Positions 22,051 through 36,780 of a DNA stretch of 64,000 bases are shown here, piece after piece. A model generated the notes under the pieces. The model worked only from the letters and a program-made list of their open reading frames with translations. It was not told the origin of the DNA and did not search any database. The number at the start of each line of letters is the position of its first letter. Within the stretch, counting starts at the first letter, position 1. This DNA is from Schmidtea nova (Eukaryota). The stretch covers positions 309,194,001-309,258,000 of the forward strand of contig CM097882.1 of the NCBI GenBank assembly GCA_044892505.1, written 5' to 3'. Both the position numbers and the translations under genes were made by a program.

Positions 22051-25000
22051 ATGAAATATTGGTAGACTGATTAATATAAATTCCTTTCAAAATCTATGTC
22101 AAAATCGAAATTATTGCTCCAATTTAGAAAATGAGAAAATTATTATTGTTACGTGTGACGCAAACAAAAATTGGTTTGGCTAAATTAGTTGGGATAAAAC
22201 CGCATTATACTATTGGTTCTGTATTTAATTAAGAAGAAAGAAAAAAATCTGATAGACATTTGTCGAACACTGTCGCTTTGTACAGCGATCAGAACTATTT
22301 AAATTATTATTTATCATTAACCTGCGCTATCTACAGCGATCAGGACTATAAAAATAAATTCAAATAATATCTGTCGCTATATACAGCGATTAGATTTAAT
22401 AATACTGTCCCATGCGATTTTATTATGTGAATAGACCAAGACGAGATAAGGCGTGTAAGTAAATTTTTATCTGTGTGCGTGGATCAACTAATTCGCATTG
22501 TCCATATCCGAACTATCCATGGAATGCAATCTTATCAGCTATGTGAAATTGATCAAAATGTAAATCGAGGGTTTATTTGACTATTGTTAAAATTTATTGG
22601 TGTTTTTAACCGGTCAGTACAAACTATCCCTGTGCGTTATTAATTCAAAGTTTGTTACTTGAACAAGATGTTTTACAAACCAATGTCCTTAAGCGCAATA
22701 CGAATTCCCAAAAAACGGTGCCTACCCCTATGTATCTGTGTAATACAAATCCAATTTTTGTTTAAATAAGTACCGAAGCTGTTCCTAAGAAGTTAAGGCT
22801 ACTGATAGGTGATCCTAGTTAGAATCGTATCACTCTCTGTTTATTAAATTTATTTCAACCCTGTCCTATGTTGAAATTCAAATTTGTTTACCCAGTGAGG
22901 AATCCTTTCTGCTTCTAGGTGAGTCAAATTCAACTTGGTTTAATAAATGTACTACAAAAATTGTTCCTATGTGCAACCCTTAAAAAGTAACATCATAAAA
23001 GTTATAACTCACTCACCACCTAGTGGATCTAAAAAGCCCCACTAAGACGGCTTGCGTCCTCGCAGCGTTAGCTACTGAGGAAGCATATCTATTTAAATAA
23101 TAATAAATTAAAATGCATCAAATTTGAAAATAAAATCATTAACATAATTTCAACAAAATCATGGGAATATTAAAACATATAACAAATCAATTCGAAACCA
23201 CTGAACAATAAAATTAATTTACTTCTTTCAATAAATTCGGTTTTCTTGTAAAAATTCAACTATTGTCACTGAGTGCGTAAAAACGGTTTAATCGCTTTAA
23301 GTCCCTAACGCAAAAATATTTCTCCAAATTCTGATTTTCGGGTCGGTATTTATACTGATCAGGTTGGCCAGATTGACCATTCAGGATCAGACCGCCCTTC
23401 AAAGTATGTTCATTATTTTTAATTAATTAGTACCTTATTCTCGTTCAGTTTTATATTTTCTCGGCTGGTGGTCTCAATTTTCTAAGTAATTTATTAATAA
23501 ATTGTACTTTAATTTGTTAATTTTTAGGTAAATTTTCCATTTTTCTATTTTGGATTCGTTGTTGGCCTCTTCTTCACTTATTCGGATTATTTTTATGCTA
23601 TTTATTTTTATCCTTTTCCTTAGGTTTTCTGTGTTTCAATAATATATATTTTTTTATTTTGTTTTAATTATTGTTATATTTTTTGCATTTTTAGATTTTA
23701 TGGTGGGCCCAACATACGTATTAAATAATTCGGAAATACCCACAGGGAAAATCCCGCTACTAATACAAAATTATTTTTAATAAGAAACTCTAAACAAGAC
23801 CCGAACGAAAATCACTGCTAAGAAAACATATTGAATAATTACAGCACTTCAATCATTAGTATGCGGAGCTATCTAAGAACCATGCCGAATATTCCAAAAG
23901 GAGCGAGTAACATTGCCTCGCCATTTTTCATTGTTCTTCAAAAGTCGTTAAAAGTCGTGCCCCTTCTAGCCGCTTTTTTCATATGCTCTTCTTATGGCTA
24001 AGGTTTGGTGATACGTAGATTTTGGTGTGGTTACGATGCGCAGAGGTATAAATTTCTTGGACCTATCCGGTGGACTTTGCTAGGAACTGGTTGAGGGGTC
24101 GGATTCTCATAGCTAACTCCATCTATACATACGTATCTAATTTTTTTTTCCGACTCAAGTTCTTGCCCTTCTTTTCCAAATTAAGTTAATCGATTGATTA
24201 TTTAGTGCATCATATTGGTCAATCTTTATACATGATTATAATTATGGCATGGGCTTATGTATCTGTATATTTTGTCAATGAAAGAGAAAAATTCTTCGGG
24301 TTTGCCATAAATTCTGGCAATCATGCATTGGTGAAATCATTTTTCAAAAATCTTTGAAGAAAACTAAATAAAGTAATTCAACAAGAGAAACATTATTATT
24401 ATTTCGGAAGAAGATCATTTAAAAAATCTTTCTGAGATTTATATTTAAGGTGATAAATCTATATTTTGAGGATATTTTTAAGTTTAAAGGAAATGTCGCT
24501 TTGACAATGGAAAGCTGTCATTTTCCGCTTATCATATTGAAATTTCGTCTAAATAATTTTAGCTATCCTTTTCTGTTTCGACATTTCTTTTTTATAGTGT
24601 AATTTCTTGTTCCATGCTTTCACAACATTAAAACTCGCTGTAGCGACATTAATACTCAATAATCTTTACTTTTTTTCTTCAAAGCATATTTAAATTATTA
24701 CATTGTCCATCTAAATTTGATGAATTTTGTTTTGCGAAAACAATTCCATTTGTGCTTTGTTAATTTTAGGGTACCAAATTCGATTTTGACATTTGTTTTA
24801 ACGTTTAACGTATGAATTTATTAATTAAGCCGTTTTCTTATTTTTTGGTGGACGATATCCTCTTCTCTCTGCTATTCGCTCATCATTCTCCGGTCTGATG
24901 GATCCATAGCAATCACCCTCCTTCATAACTACCATTCCGACGGAACCGTTATTATAGACTGACTGGTATCCGACAGTTGGTTCTCTATTGCAATAGAGGT

Positions 25001-25569
25001 AGTATGGAGTGTTTCTCCACCCCCTTTGCGTGGAAGCAGCTTCGATCAGAAAGGCCGTACGTATATGGTCAGCCGACTAATCATGATGCTCTTTAGAGAG
25101 TTTTAGTTCACGGATCAAACTATTTAATTTAGGCTGTGAAAACAATGAAGGTCTGTTATCATTTAAATCCGATACTGATGGAAGAAAGTCATTATCTTTT
25201 ATGTACTATGGATAGGTCATATACGCGTCTAGTTTCTGTTTTATTCTTCAAGGAAGTAATCAGTTTTTTTGGGTATTGAAATTAAATCTAAATGTGGTAT
25301 TGGACGAGAAGCGGATATCATATTTGAATATGATACATTTCCAGTTTTAATAGCAGTAAGAGAAAAATTAACTAATCAAAAATAACAATCATTGAAATGA
25401 TTTTGTGGCTACGTCAGATCATAGGAATACCAAATGGCAAGGGATGTCCAGTATTACACCAATTGCTGTGATCAGAACAATATTGTAGTGTATAAGTAAC
25501 CACACCTACTTTTGTATCAAAATAAAGAGCTTACAGCTTTGAGATTGTGCGCTAATTGTACGTTAATTC

Positions 25570-25755
25570 NNNNNNNNNNNNNNNNNNNNNNNNNNNNNNN
25601 NNNNNNNNNNNNNNNNNNNNNNNNNNNNNNNNNNNNNNNNNNNNNNNNNNNNNNNNNNNNNNNNNNNNNNNNNNNNNNNNNNNNNNNNNNNNNNNNNNNN
25701 NNNNNNNNNNNNNNNNNNNNNNNNNNNNNNNNNNNNNNNNNNNNNNNNNNNNNNN
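25570..25755. other. Assembly gap (186 N)
   Basis: Run of N. Confidence 1.
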
Positions 25756-28545
25756 GTGATGAGATGAATTTACCATTTTATGACAATCTATAACAAAGTA
25801 AGGTATACAATCGCGATACGTACTTAAATGCAATTTAATTTAAATTCAATTATTTTTTTCAATACATAATATGTAAATTATATTAACTATACATATTAAC
25901 CACTTCTCCAGGGTTAAAGGCCTAATGAGGTCGGTTAACTGGGTGGACAATTGCCGTTTTCTATCCTCGCCGCTTCTAACTCTACTCTTTGATCTTCTAT
26001 GGTTCTCATTGCTCGATGTAACTTCTCCTTTACCACATTCATCTCAGCTGGAGAAAAATAATTGTCTTCAAGCTCTATGATCCGTCGCTTTAGTCGGCTG
26101 ATTTCTCCTTGGTTCAATGACATCGTTGGCCTTAAAATAAAGTAATGAAATTATCATATACCTAACTCGTTCATCATCGTTTTCTGTTCCTCATCATGCA
26201 TTCATCGTGCGTCTTTCTCCTTGTGCTGAAGTTTACTGAAATCTTACTCTCCACCTACTGACTGTCCTTTACTTAGCTTTTCTCATCGGGTCTACATCAC
26301 TCTCCTATACTCGTCGTTATCCCAAAATCATTATTACTACTTTAGTTACTACCCTATTACAATCAATAATAAATCAGAAGCCTTGATAGTCGAAATTTAA
26401 TATTTTTAAATACCAAAAATGCAAGCATTACAGATATAAATACATATATACACAATCACGACAAATCGATAAAGTCTATGTACTCTTCCTCTATATCCAT
26501 TTCCACGATGGCTGATGGACTATAGGGCGAATCCGTGGATGTTTCTGGTGGAGCGGGACCTAATACGAACCTCCCCAAACTCCAGAACTCCTCTACTAGG
26601 ATTTTCCCTGTTAAAAAGATTTTGAATCGCCCCCGAATATCCGTGGGCGACTCAACGAAGTATCCCGGCAGGTCTTCAGGATATTCTCGATCCACGTCGA
26701 TGGGCCACGGCTTGCTGCCGTGCCAAGTTATCGTATCGGTGCTGTCTCGTGATAGACTAAACGAAGGTATCAGTCCCCTCTCCGTGAAAGATGAGCGATG
26801 TTCGTCCACGATCTGCCTCTCAAGATCGGTGGGAATATTTTTGAGTGGTAACGCGCAGATGAGATAATTATTTACTGGTTCTGTCTCTTGTTATAAGACT
26901 CTTGCGTTTGATTATTTCCCCGATGAATTCGGATACAGACTTTCTCTATTGATTTGCCGGCCATTGTTAAATAATTTAATGAATTTATTATAATTATTAA
27001 TTAAGGAAAACTCCACGGTTGTGTGTTTTAGCCGCAAGAAGATGGTAGGTAATACAAGTTTGGACATGAGGCGATCTGCCCAGTTTACTAATACGGTAGG
27101 GTTCTACAGTGTTCATGAGTGCTCTCGAGCGCTCTCATTTTTGGAATATCTTCAGTTATTTAATTGGCATGATTCTACTCAAGTGGAGAATATCCCTTCT
27201 GCTAATTGCACATGCCGCCTTAAGTATAACGTAAATTACTGGCTTTCGTCGTGCAAATTGAAATTAGATTCTACTCGCAATCTTCAATTGCACTGTACAC
27301 TGCCAGCTGCCACTTGAGTTTCCCAATCTTCCCCACTCGCGAGTAAATAATCACTCTCCACAATTTCAGTCGACATTATATTGAAGTACACTTGACTTTT
27401 TCGCGTGAATTCATTCTCAAGAACGCCTTGAATATTTCTCTCAATATGCTCTCTTAATTGGAAAGGAGTGGTTTAGAACATTTACTTCACATTCTCTGCT
27501 ACTCGAGAGTTGATTTTTTGCATTTAGTAATACTACGATATATTGCGGGATTTCAGTTCACTGTAGGATCATCTACGTAAATTTTAATTACGGGTTGAAT
27601 TTATTAATTTCCGTTCAATTCGATCATGATTATCTCGACTCATCAATCGTCAGGGGTTCTGTCTCAACTATCAACGAAAATTTCTCAAAATCGCATTCGC
27701 TACTTTACTCACATTTCCTTTATAATGGCTGGTAATTTATAAGGAAGACTGATGTTCCTGAGATTTCTGACTTACGACAAGTTTGGGTTGGACCTACCTT
27801 GGTGTTCGGCCTGGGGATTACTGCTGACGTATCATGGTAAATTTAATTCGGTGTGCACATTAAACATTTCCTAGGTTCGCTAATTTATTGTTGCGGAATC
27901 TACTCGACCAGTTCTCCGACATTCATCACTGTGGTGGGAGTTTTATTTTATCCGGCGGGCATGTCGGAGTGTGTGGGAGGAGTTCAGGATGCAAAGACGA
28001 TGAACCAAAGTCTTAATCGTCGTCCAGTATTTCCCATAAAATTAGGGACATTTTCAATATTATTTATCAAATGGAAACTAGGTGCTTATCTATTCTTGCG
28101 CTAGTTTTTCTCAAATTTTCTCAATTTTCTCAAAAACATCATTTGGCCATTTCTAGCATACCAAAATAAAACTAAAAAAAGTTTTAAGTCTATTGGAAAT
28201 AAAAAACTTAGTTAAATACAACTGGTTAAAAAAGAAATTTACTTTATAAAAAAATATTAATTATCTGTCATTTTTTTTGAAACTTGTTTATGTATTCAAA
28301 TTTTTGGTAATTTAGTTTTTAAAAATATAAAGTAGTTTTGGCTAATTGTTATTTTATTTGAATTGAAATTGGAAAATTAAATGCTCTTTTTCAATTAACA
28401 TTAAAAATTATTATTTTTGCAACCTTTAACAATTTCTTATGCAATTCAAAACAATCAAACGGAAGCTCGGTAGCCAAAAACTAGTAAAAGCTGGATCACA
28501 TAAAGCTGTAATAAAGAAATACCTTCAAATTCCGATAAGAAACAA

Positions 28546-30261
28546 ATGTCAGCCGAAAAGGTTAAGTTGTCAACCAAGGATATTAATCAACCTGTTTTGA
28601 AAATTTATGAAATGGCTAACATTGAGCAAGTCAATCGATCAATATTTTGTGTCGAAGAAAATGAGGCTCTACTGCATTTCACCCCCCCCCCCCTAAAGTG
28701 GTTTCAGCTACCCCATAAAAATAAATACAAAATAAATAAATAAGTATATATAATTTAGTATTAACAAATTACAACACATGTTATAAAACATTGAGAATTA
28801 AAAAAACTTGAATGCTATTATTTAACTAATTCAATATATTATTGCAGATTTTCAACCATTCAGTAAATACATTCTCGCCATGTTTTTTACGAAAAACAAA
28901 TTCATCCAAATGTGATTGCAGTAGTTCAAGGGTTGTGCCTCTACGTAACCTCATTATTAGTAACTTTGCATGGCTCCATTCACACTTAATCCGTTGAGTA
29001 TTGGCACCTGTTATAGGGTCTACAAAGTTTTCTTCGTGAATAACAACCAAATGAAAATACCCAATCTCAGATATTCTTTTGTAGGCAGCCCACCCATCCG
29101 AAATTATTGTTGATCCAATCTTAACATTCTAAAATCAGCAGAATAAGAGTCGCCGAATCTCTTTTCTCTACATAAAACATTATTAAATCATCCGATTCCT
29201 CCTCCACCAACCCGAAAACCCAAGGTCCTACTATTCTCGTACCATAGTTAGAACGCCGCAATTCCCGGTCCGCCTCTGTTTCAGCATCAAAATCGCCTAA
29301 CAACAACCTCTGTTATACTTTCGTCTACCACGAAACAAACTTTCGTCAATTTGCACCCTTTTCCCAATACCTCAAAGTTTTTCCCTGTTAATCCTTTCCT
29401 TAACCATGACCTCACGAATATAATTCGTCCAATCTACAACTGTGTTTGGTTGCTTTATCTTTGTATTCCGCATTATTTCCACATGTGTTTTCTTCTCAAA
29501 ATACTGAAATGCAAGTTTCAGAATAGTACGCAAAGATAATTTTTGAGACACACCCACGATTTTAGTTGTTGCAAAAAATGTGTTTTCAAAAGACTGACCT
29601 CGTGTTTGCATTTGTGGCACCTCAGAAGAAAACTATCATCTCCATCTGCTCTTTTGCGAAACTTGTCGGACATCAATCTTGTGCACAGAAGACAGACTGT
29701 AGTATCTCTCAATGGTAGGACACCCAAATCGCGCAAAAAGTCTAGTATAGTATGACTAGTCGATAACATTCTATAGAAGTTTTCTGGATCCATAGTAATG
29801 TTGATTTTTTTTATTTTATAATTAATATATTTATTTAATTAAATGGGGTAGCTGAAACCACTTTAGGGGGCGTGAGATGCAGTAGAGCCGAAAATGGTCT
29901 AATTTCAAATCGAAGGAAAATGAATCAAAATATTTGCAGATCATCTTTGTTGAAATATCAGAATTTAGCTCAATCTTCGGAGCACACCGCAGGGCCATTG
30001 ATATATAATATGAAATCTATTGATAATGATTTGGAGCTAAAGAGTTTTACCAATTCATCGAATAAACCGTTGGGCGGGTCGAATATCAGTGGAAATGTGT
30101 TATTTGATGATAAAATGTATCATGCCAATGATAAAATCAATGATCGATCGTTAAATAGCTCATCCTTCAATAATACTCAGATTACTACAATCCCTCGTGC
30201 AAGGCAAAACAATCAATTACCTTCATCGTATAAAACCACCAAAATCAACTACTGTCTCTAA
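28546..30261 (+). pseudogene. About 160-aa unknown ORF split by the Merlin insertion
   Basis: Removing Merlin and one TSD copy joins ...FCVEEN to GLISNRRK... in frame with no stops. Confidence 0.5.
28665..29889 (-). mobile_element. Merlin (IS1595/ISXO2-like) DNA transposon, frameshifted transposase
   Basis: TIRs of about 46-51 bp (GGCTCTACTGCAT...CTAAAGTGGTTTCAGCTACCCCAT) and an 8-bp TSD GAAAATGA/GAAAATGG. Transposase motifs VQIDES, GPWVFG, IISDGWAAY, NFVDPITGANTQRI and SHLDEF. Confidence 0.93.
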
Positions 30262-31283
30262 AACGCTTAAGACATAAAAAGGTCTTTTACGGAGGCATCC
30301 ATCTCCGTCCCGTGTCGATACACGGAATAGAGATTGATATCCCCCGGAGAGCCGACGAATTTCGAAGATCGTTCAGACTCTCGCATTATTTATATGAGAA
30401 TGATAATAACGAAAAGAAATTTTTTAAGTTATAAAACATTTATTAGAAATAACAACATTACTTACAGTGTTCTAGGTAGAATCAATTAACAAGAATTTAT
30501 CTTCTCCGAGTGTTGTTGGTAGCAGTGATATTGTTATAAAATGACCTTCTTTTGGTGTATATAATGACGTTAACAAACTGATCTGAGCGCTTCTTTATAC
30601 TAAATTCAGCGCTCAGGCAGCCAATCAAAATCGAGTATTCCTTTTTATTGGTTAAATGACCCGATTTTCATATTATTTTATTTTACTATCCTAGGTTTTA
30701 TTCATTATTATTTTATTATTTCTCTTATTAATTTCATTTTTATTCTTTTTATTTCCTAATTTCTATTCAATTTCGCATTTTTATCACTTTTCTCGATTTT
30801 TCGATTTTTATTCTTGTTTTAATTGTGCTTTTTCTTGTTAATGCTTATTTCTTAACTTGTTTATTATTATTTTAATATTTCCCATTAACTTTTATCCTTA
30901 TCTGATTAATTATTTAATTCTTGCCATATTTCTTTCTGTACTAACCCAACAGAAGTTTATTAAGTTACTTTAATTTGATCAATTAACTTATCATTTATTT
31001 AATAAACTGATCGTTTATTAATTAACTAATCGGGAATCTATCTACTGGTCATTAAATTAATTTACTGGTCGTTTTATCAATTTACTGGTAATTTATTTAT
31101 TTTACTGGTCACAAATTACTGTTCGTCTAAATTAAAATACTGATCATTTAAATTACACCCTTTATAATATATTGTATATATTAAATTAAAATATATTTAT
31201 TTATAAAAAACAGAGTTGTTTTAATATTCAGAAAAAAATGCAAAGCAAGATGGAGTTCAAGCAACATAAGAAAAAGCAGCACC

Positions 31284-34200
31284 CAGGCCCGGCCTTAGGG
31301 CAAGGCAAACAAGGCGACTGCCTTGGGCCCCGCGCTTTTCAGGGCCCCGCGCTTTGACTAAACATTTTTTACTACATTTTACAATTTTAATACTATTGCG
31401 TAATACTTGTCTTTTATATAACATTATAACAAAGTATGAAGACAACTTTATATTTAATTTTTTCAGGATAAAATAATTAGAAAAATAGCGTACTAATATA
31501 ATAAAATTAACTATCTGCAATCTGACACTGACATTTATTTAGAAATATTACCATTAATATTAAGAAAACTAAAATACTAAATGAAAAAAATAGGTCGCCA
31601 CGCAAATTAAGTTTGCGACTCTTTGGTCGTCTAAACGTTTTGGAACGTTTTTTATTGCGTCATCTAAATTTAATACCGATGCAATTTAAATTGTTGCCAT
31701 TGATCATCATTAAAATGTAATATATAATAATTAATTATAATAACTTCGTTATTAACTTGATTTTTTATTATATACATGTTGAAAAAAAATGTTATACAGA
31801 AAACATTTAATTATAATATAACTGTACGAGTCAGTACGACAATTAGTTGAGGGCCTGAGGGGATATGCCACCAAAACGAGATCGCGATTTTGGCAGAAAA
31901 TATAAAAGTGGCAATGAAAAGAAAAAACAAAAAGCAACGCAAGAAACCCAAATTAAGGCATTAACCCAATCTCTCAATAAATTTCTTGTACAACAACATC
32001 AAAGTTCGTCAACATCGTCAACTTCTGAAGAATACAAAGATGCAGCAACTTATGAAAATAACATAGAGACAGAGTCTAGTATCGATACTTCTGATGTTGG
32101 GATTGTTGATTCTTCAAAGATTACAGGGACACGGACATCGGCAAACGAAGAAACAGAAGAGTTGGTTAATTTGACAAATGTAAGTGATGATTTTAGTGAT
32201 CCAGCAACTTGGCCAGAACATTTGAATGCAGACACTCGTTCTATAATTGTTTGCAAGGGGCCAAAAAAAATTGAAGAAAAAGATTTTCCAGCATATAGCA
32301 ATAGAAGGAAATTTTCAACAACCTACTGCAAACGACATATGGAAAATATATATTCAGCAGCTAACAACAAAATGTTTTGTTTCTGTTGCAAACTTTTTGG
32401 TAACACTTTGTCTGCTCTGGGATCCGACGGGATTTGTGACTGGAAAAATGCAAGTGTTAGACTCTCTGATCATGAGAAATCAAAGGGACATATGACATCT
32501 ACTTTGCAATGGTTTGAGCTGGAAAATAGGCTGACAAAAGGATGCACAATTGACAAACAGAGCCAAAAATTAATAAACAGTGAAAAGGCTCGTTGGCATA
32601 GTGTATTTCAACGTCTAATGGCTATCGTCCAATTTCTTTCTGAGCACAACATGGCTTTTCGTAGTTCAGTCGATAAACTACATATGGCACACAATGGAAA
32701 CTTTTTGGGTCTCGTTGAATTGCTGGCAAAATTTGATCCGGTTTTGCAAGAACATATACGAAGAATACAAACTGATGAAATTCATGATCACTACTTGGGA
32801 AAGCGAATTCAAAACGAGCTCATTTCGTTGATGGGAAATAAGGTAAGGGAAATTATTATAGAAAGAGTAAAATCTGCTAAATACTTTTCAGTAATACTTG
32901 ATTGCACACCCGACCAAAGTCACCAAGAACAGATCTCACTGACAATTCGCTATGTAAGCCCAGAAGGAGAATGTTCTGAAGTAATTCACGCGCACTTCAT
33001 TCGTTTTCTAGAAGTAGAAGAAAGTACTGGACAACACCTACTTGATGTCTTACTATTGGAACTGACAAGATTGGGCTTAGATGTTTCTGATATCCGCGGT
33101 CAAGGATACGACAACGGTGCGAACATGAAGGGGCATAAGTCAGGAGTACAGGCTCGTCTTTTACAATTAAATCCTAGGGCATTTTTTACCCCTTGTACCT
33201 GTCACAGCTACAACTTGCTGCTATGTGATATGGCAAAAACTTGTCCTGATGCAATGACGTTTTTTGGTATAATTCAACAAATCTATGTTTTATTTTCTGC
33301 TTCAACAAAGCGATGGGCTATCTTTTCCAAGTATGTTCGAAATATTTCAGTAAAACCAGTTTGTGAAACAAGATGGGAAAGCCGTGTGGAAAGTGTAAAG
33401 GCTGTGCGATATCAAGCAGGCGAAATCTATGATGCACTTTTCGAAGTTGCAGATCAAAGTAGTGATCCAAAAGCTCGAAGTGAAGCAGAGTCATTGTGCA
33501 AACAACTTAAGAACTTCAATTTCATTGTTTCAATTGCTTTTTGGTATGACATATTGTTCCAGTTTAATTACATCAGCAAAGAATTACAAAATATTTCTGT
33601 TGATCTAGCAACTGCAATTGACAGCATGGAACGTACTTGCAAATGGTTGAAATCTTACAGAGATGGCGGTTTTGAAACAGCAATAGCAATTGCAAAAGAA
33701 ATTGCTACGGACTTATAAGTTGAACCTATTTTCAAAGAGACGAGAGTGCGAAAAAGAAAAAAACAATTTACATATGAAGGAGAAGATGAAGGATTTGTAG
33801 ATCCACAAGAAAAATTTCGCGCAGATTTTTTTTAACCAGATTGTTGATGTTGCAATCGTGTCGATGGACAGTCGATTTGAACAACTACGAATGCATCATA
33901 ACTCGTTTGGATTTCTTTATAAATTTCACCAATTACAAAAAATTGATTTACTCAATAACAGTATGAATCTAGAGAAAAAGCTCACTGCCAGGGAAACTAA
34001 GGATATTGATGGTTTAATGCTTGCTGAAGAGTTGCAATCATTGAGTTCCATAATTCCTGCAGCCACCTACAACGATCCTGTTAAGATTTTGCAGTTTCTG
34101 TTAGTGAACAAGCGTTATAGTGACTTTCCTAACACACACATTGCACTTCGAATACTTCTAACTATTCCTGTCACTGTAAGTTCAGGAGAAAGAAGCTTTT

Positions 34201-34688
34201 CGAAACTAAAACTTATTAAAACCTATATGCGATCAACAATGATTCAAGATCGGCTCAGTAACTTAGCTATTTTGTCAATTGAGAATGAATTTGCTAAGGA
34301 TCTTGACTATAATGAACTTATTTCAGATTTTGCAGCAGCCAAAGCTCGCAAGATTTGCTTGTAGGCCTAATTGTAAAAACAAGGTGGAAGTATAGAAGAT
34401 ATAACCAAACCAACGCTATATAGTGTATATATATAGTTTATAATGTTAGGAACAGTGAACTGTCAATTAGCATGCCAAAACAAAACATTTTAATTTTAAA
34501 TTTGTACATTTTTTTTTAGTTTTATGATCGTCAGTTAAATGAATAAAACTGTAATTATTGATGTATCAACGCTGTTATAGAGTAAAAATTTTAGTAATTT
34601 AATTTTTTATTTCCCATTATTTTAATATATGTAGAATTACAAATTTTTGCCTTGGAAAAGGGCCCCGCATGGTCTAGGGCCGGCCCTG
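31284..34688 (+). mobile_element. Full-length hAT transposon (3405 bp)
   Basis: TIRs CAGG(C/G)CCGGCC(T/C)TAG and a perfect 8-bp TSD GCAGCACC. Confidence 0.95.
31865..34364 (+). pseudogene. hAT transposase (ZMYM1-like, DUF4371 plus hATC), one in-frame stop at 33716 and a frameshift in a T-run near 33830
   Basis: CFCCKLF zinc-finger region, LDCTPD, GQGYDNG, TRWESR and VSSGERSFSKLKLIK...RLSNLAIL. Confidence 0.92.
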
Positions 34689-36074
34689 GCAGCACCGATA
34701 TATAAAATTTTGTTATTATCGATCATTATTTGCTCAGTTTCGATAAATGGCTAAGTCTATTTACAAAACGATTTTAATGACTCTGAAAAGTGCATTAATA
34801 TTTAAAATGATAAGTAAACTAAATGTCCAATTTTAAAAATAGTTAAATTATTATTGAGCCTGTGAGAGTTTAAAGTTATATATTATAATTATTAATGTAG
34901 TTTAAGTAACAGCTAAATAATTGTAAAAATCACAGCTTTTAAAATAAAGCATATGCACATGTTTTGATTGTATAATTTGATTCTAAGCTAAATGCTATTT
35001 ATGAATTCAAATAGACTCCTTGAGTGTCTTAAGCAATTACTTACAGAAAACATGATCTAACTTTTAAAAAATTTAACAAATATTATTCTCATAAAATTTA
35101 ATTTAATTCAGGAAACGTTATAAATATTTTATAACGTTAGGTTATTTGCCTTTGAAGTTTCAGTAATACATGAATTTAAATCTCAGAGAATGAAAGTGAA
35201 TTATTAAATTAAATTGAAGTATATACGAAAATAATTATTGATGATATAAGCATTACCGCATTTGTGTCGTTGCTGCCTTTTGGCAATGCATATTGAAACG
35301 CAGTACAATTCTTAAGATATTTAAATATATATAGCTATAATAAAAAATAATTATTTGATGTTATTGTTATTGCCAAACAAAAATAAGTGAATACAATTTA
35401 CATATTTATTAAAATTTTCTCCTAGCTTTTTTGTCTGCAAATGTATTAATTATATCAGTATAATCAATATTAATGTATATTCTCTTTTAACAATATAGGC
35501 TGTGTTTAAACAAGAGCTGCAAATCGAATTCGAACCATGAACTGCTTCGGTTCACATTATTTAAAGTTATCACCAGTTAAAGCCAAAATTTCAGCCGAAT
35601 CATGTTTAACTAAAAAAATTCTTTTAATTTCTATTGCTATATTTTTTTAAATCATTTTCTGAAAAATAATTGTACAAAAATCAATTAAATTAAAACATTT
35701 TTCACGTTAAAGAAAAGTACCTTATTATAAAGTATTTTTTAGTAAAGTACTTTTGTGCTAAACTTTTCATTATTTCTCAGTTTAAAGATACTGTTATCAT
35801 TAAAAATATTGTCATATAAAAATTACAGTTAAATTCAACAGATATTATTCTTGATATTTGGGATTGAAAATAACTAAAATACTCCTAGATTAGATTTAAT
35901 TGATACAAGTATGGAGGAATAAATCGATAGCTTATTCTTTTTCATTTACTACTCTGTCTCACTTGACTCAGAAAAATATCAAATTTTTTAAACACGACCC
36001 CTTCTAGTTCTCACGACTTGTACTTTCTCTATATAAAATTTACGAAGGTAATCTAAATACATTCATTTCAACAA

Positions 36075-36780
36075 AACTGGGTTTTTTGTCAAAAAACACA
36101 TTGGAAGGATCTTGGTGATCAACTCCGATTCGGTCAGGTCGTCTAGTCGGTCGACTTGATTTTTCATTTGTTGGGCAAATAAATTCTTTTGCCTACGCCT
36201 TCTTGCACCAATGCACTTGTGCGGCCCTGATGTCTTGTTCGATGCCTCCTCTGGCTTGTTTCCTCTATTTTGGTCGAATCCGACTTAATCGTTTGTATCC
36301 GTGCTCATTGAACAGAAGATCTTTAATTTGGCTTGCCGATTTTGTAACCCTTCGGTGATGGGTTTCCCTCGCAAGCCAGAGATGGAGAAACGGCCCATTT
36401 TCAGTTCCTGACATTTCCGAAGTGGTCGTGTGGAGCTACCAACTTTAACTCGAATTTTGAAACTCTGGTTGTGGAATGTGCTCCCAGTAGATCACCTGTT
36501 GGGGTCGCCCGATTTGGTATTTGATGAGAATCATCAAACATGCATATTTATTAAAGTAGCTGTTGTCCGTTGAGATCAGATAATTCATCCCTCCTCGATA
36601 TCGGATCTCCTCGAGGGGATTCTCCATTATGGTGAAGGGACACTTAGAGCGGAATTCCTGGCGCCATTTGCATATTTTTGGACGTCGATTGTATGTCGGA
36701 TCGATGACATTAGGTTTTTAAGCGACTTGATTAACCTCAGCTGCTGTACCTCGTATCTCTCCTTGGCTCAAATTCGCCAG
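36075..36780 (-). pseudogene. Internally deleted family fragment joining ORF A to the C-terminus of ORF B
   Basis: KWRQEFRSKCPFTIM...IRYRGG...VIYWEHIP, then CIGARRRRQKNLFAQQM...LTESELITKILP. Confidence 0.75.

Larger units (their letters stand above)
20403..23714 (-). mobile_element. Copy C of the family (3312 bp)
   Basis: TGCTGGG (20403) to CCCAACA (23714), with a perfect TACG target duplication. Confidence 0.88.
25935..30951 (-). mobile_element. Copy G, divergent and enlarged family member, truncated within ORF B
   Basis: The right end is AACCCAACA (30951), with CCAAT/TATA at 30594-30625. ORF A-like sequence at about 26456-26900 (LKNIP...ITWHGSKPWP) and ORF B-like start at 25935-26123 (YFSPAEM...ELEAARIE). 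Continuity across 27-30 kb is inferred. Confidence 0.55.

Noticed and set aside
23760-25569. GC-richer patches with 70-80 codon open stretches
   Set aside because: I recognised no motif or homolog within the window.
27000-28100. Short ORFs at 27021-27317 and 27853-28104
   Set aside because: No motifs, and stops are frequent in all frames around them.
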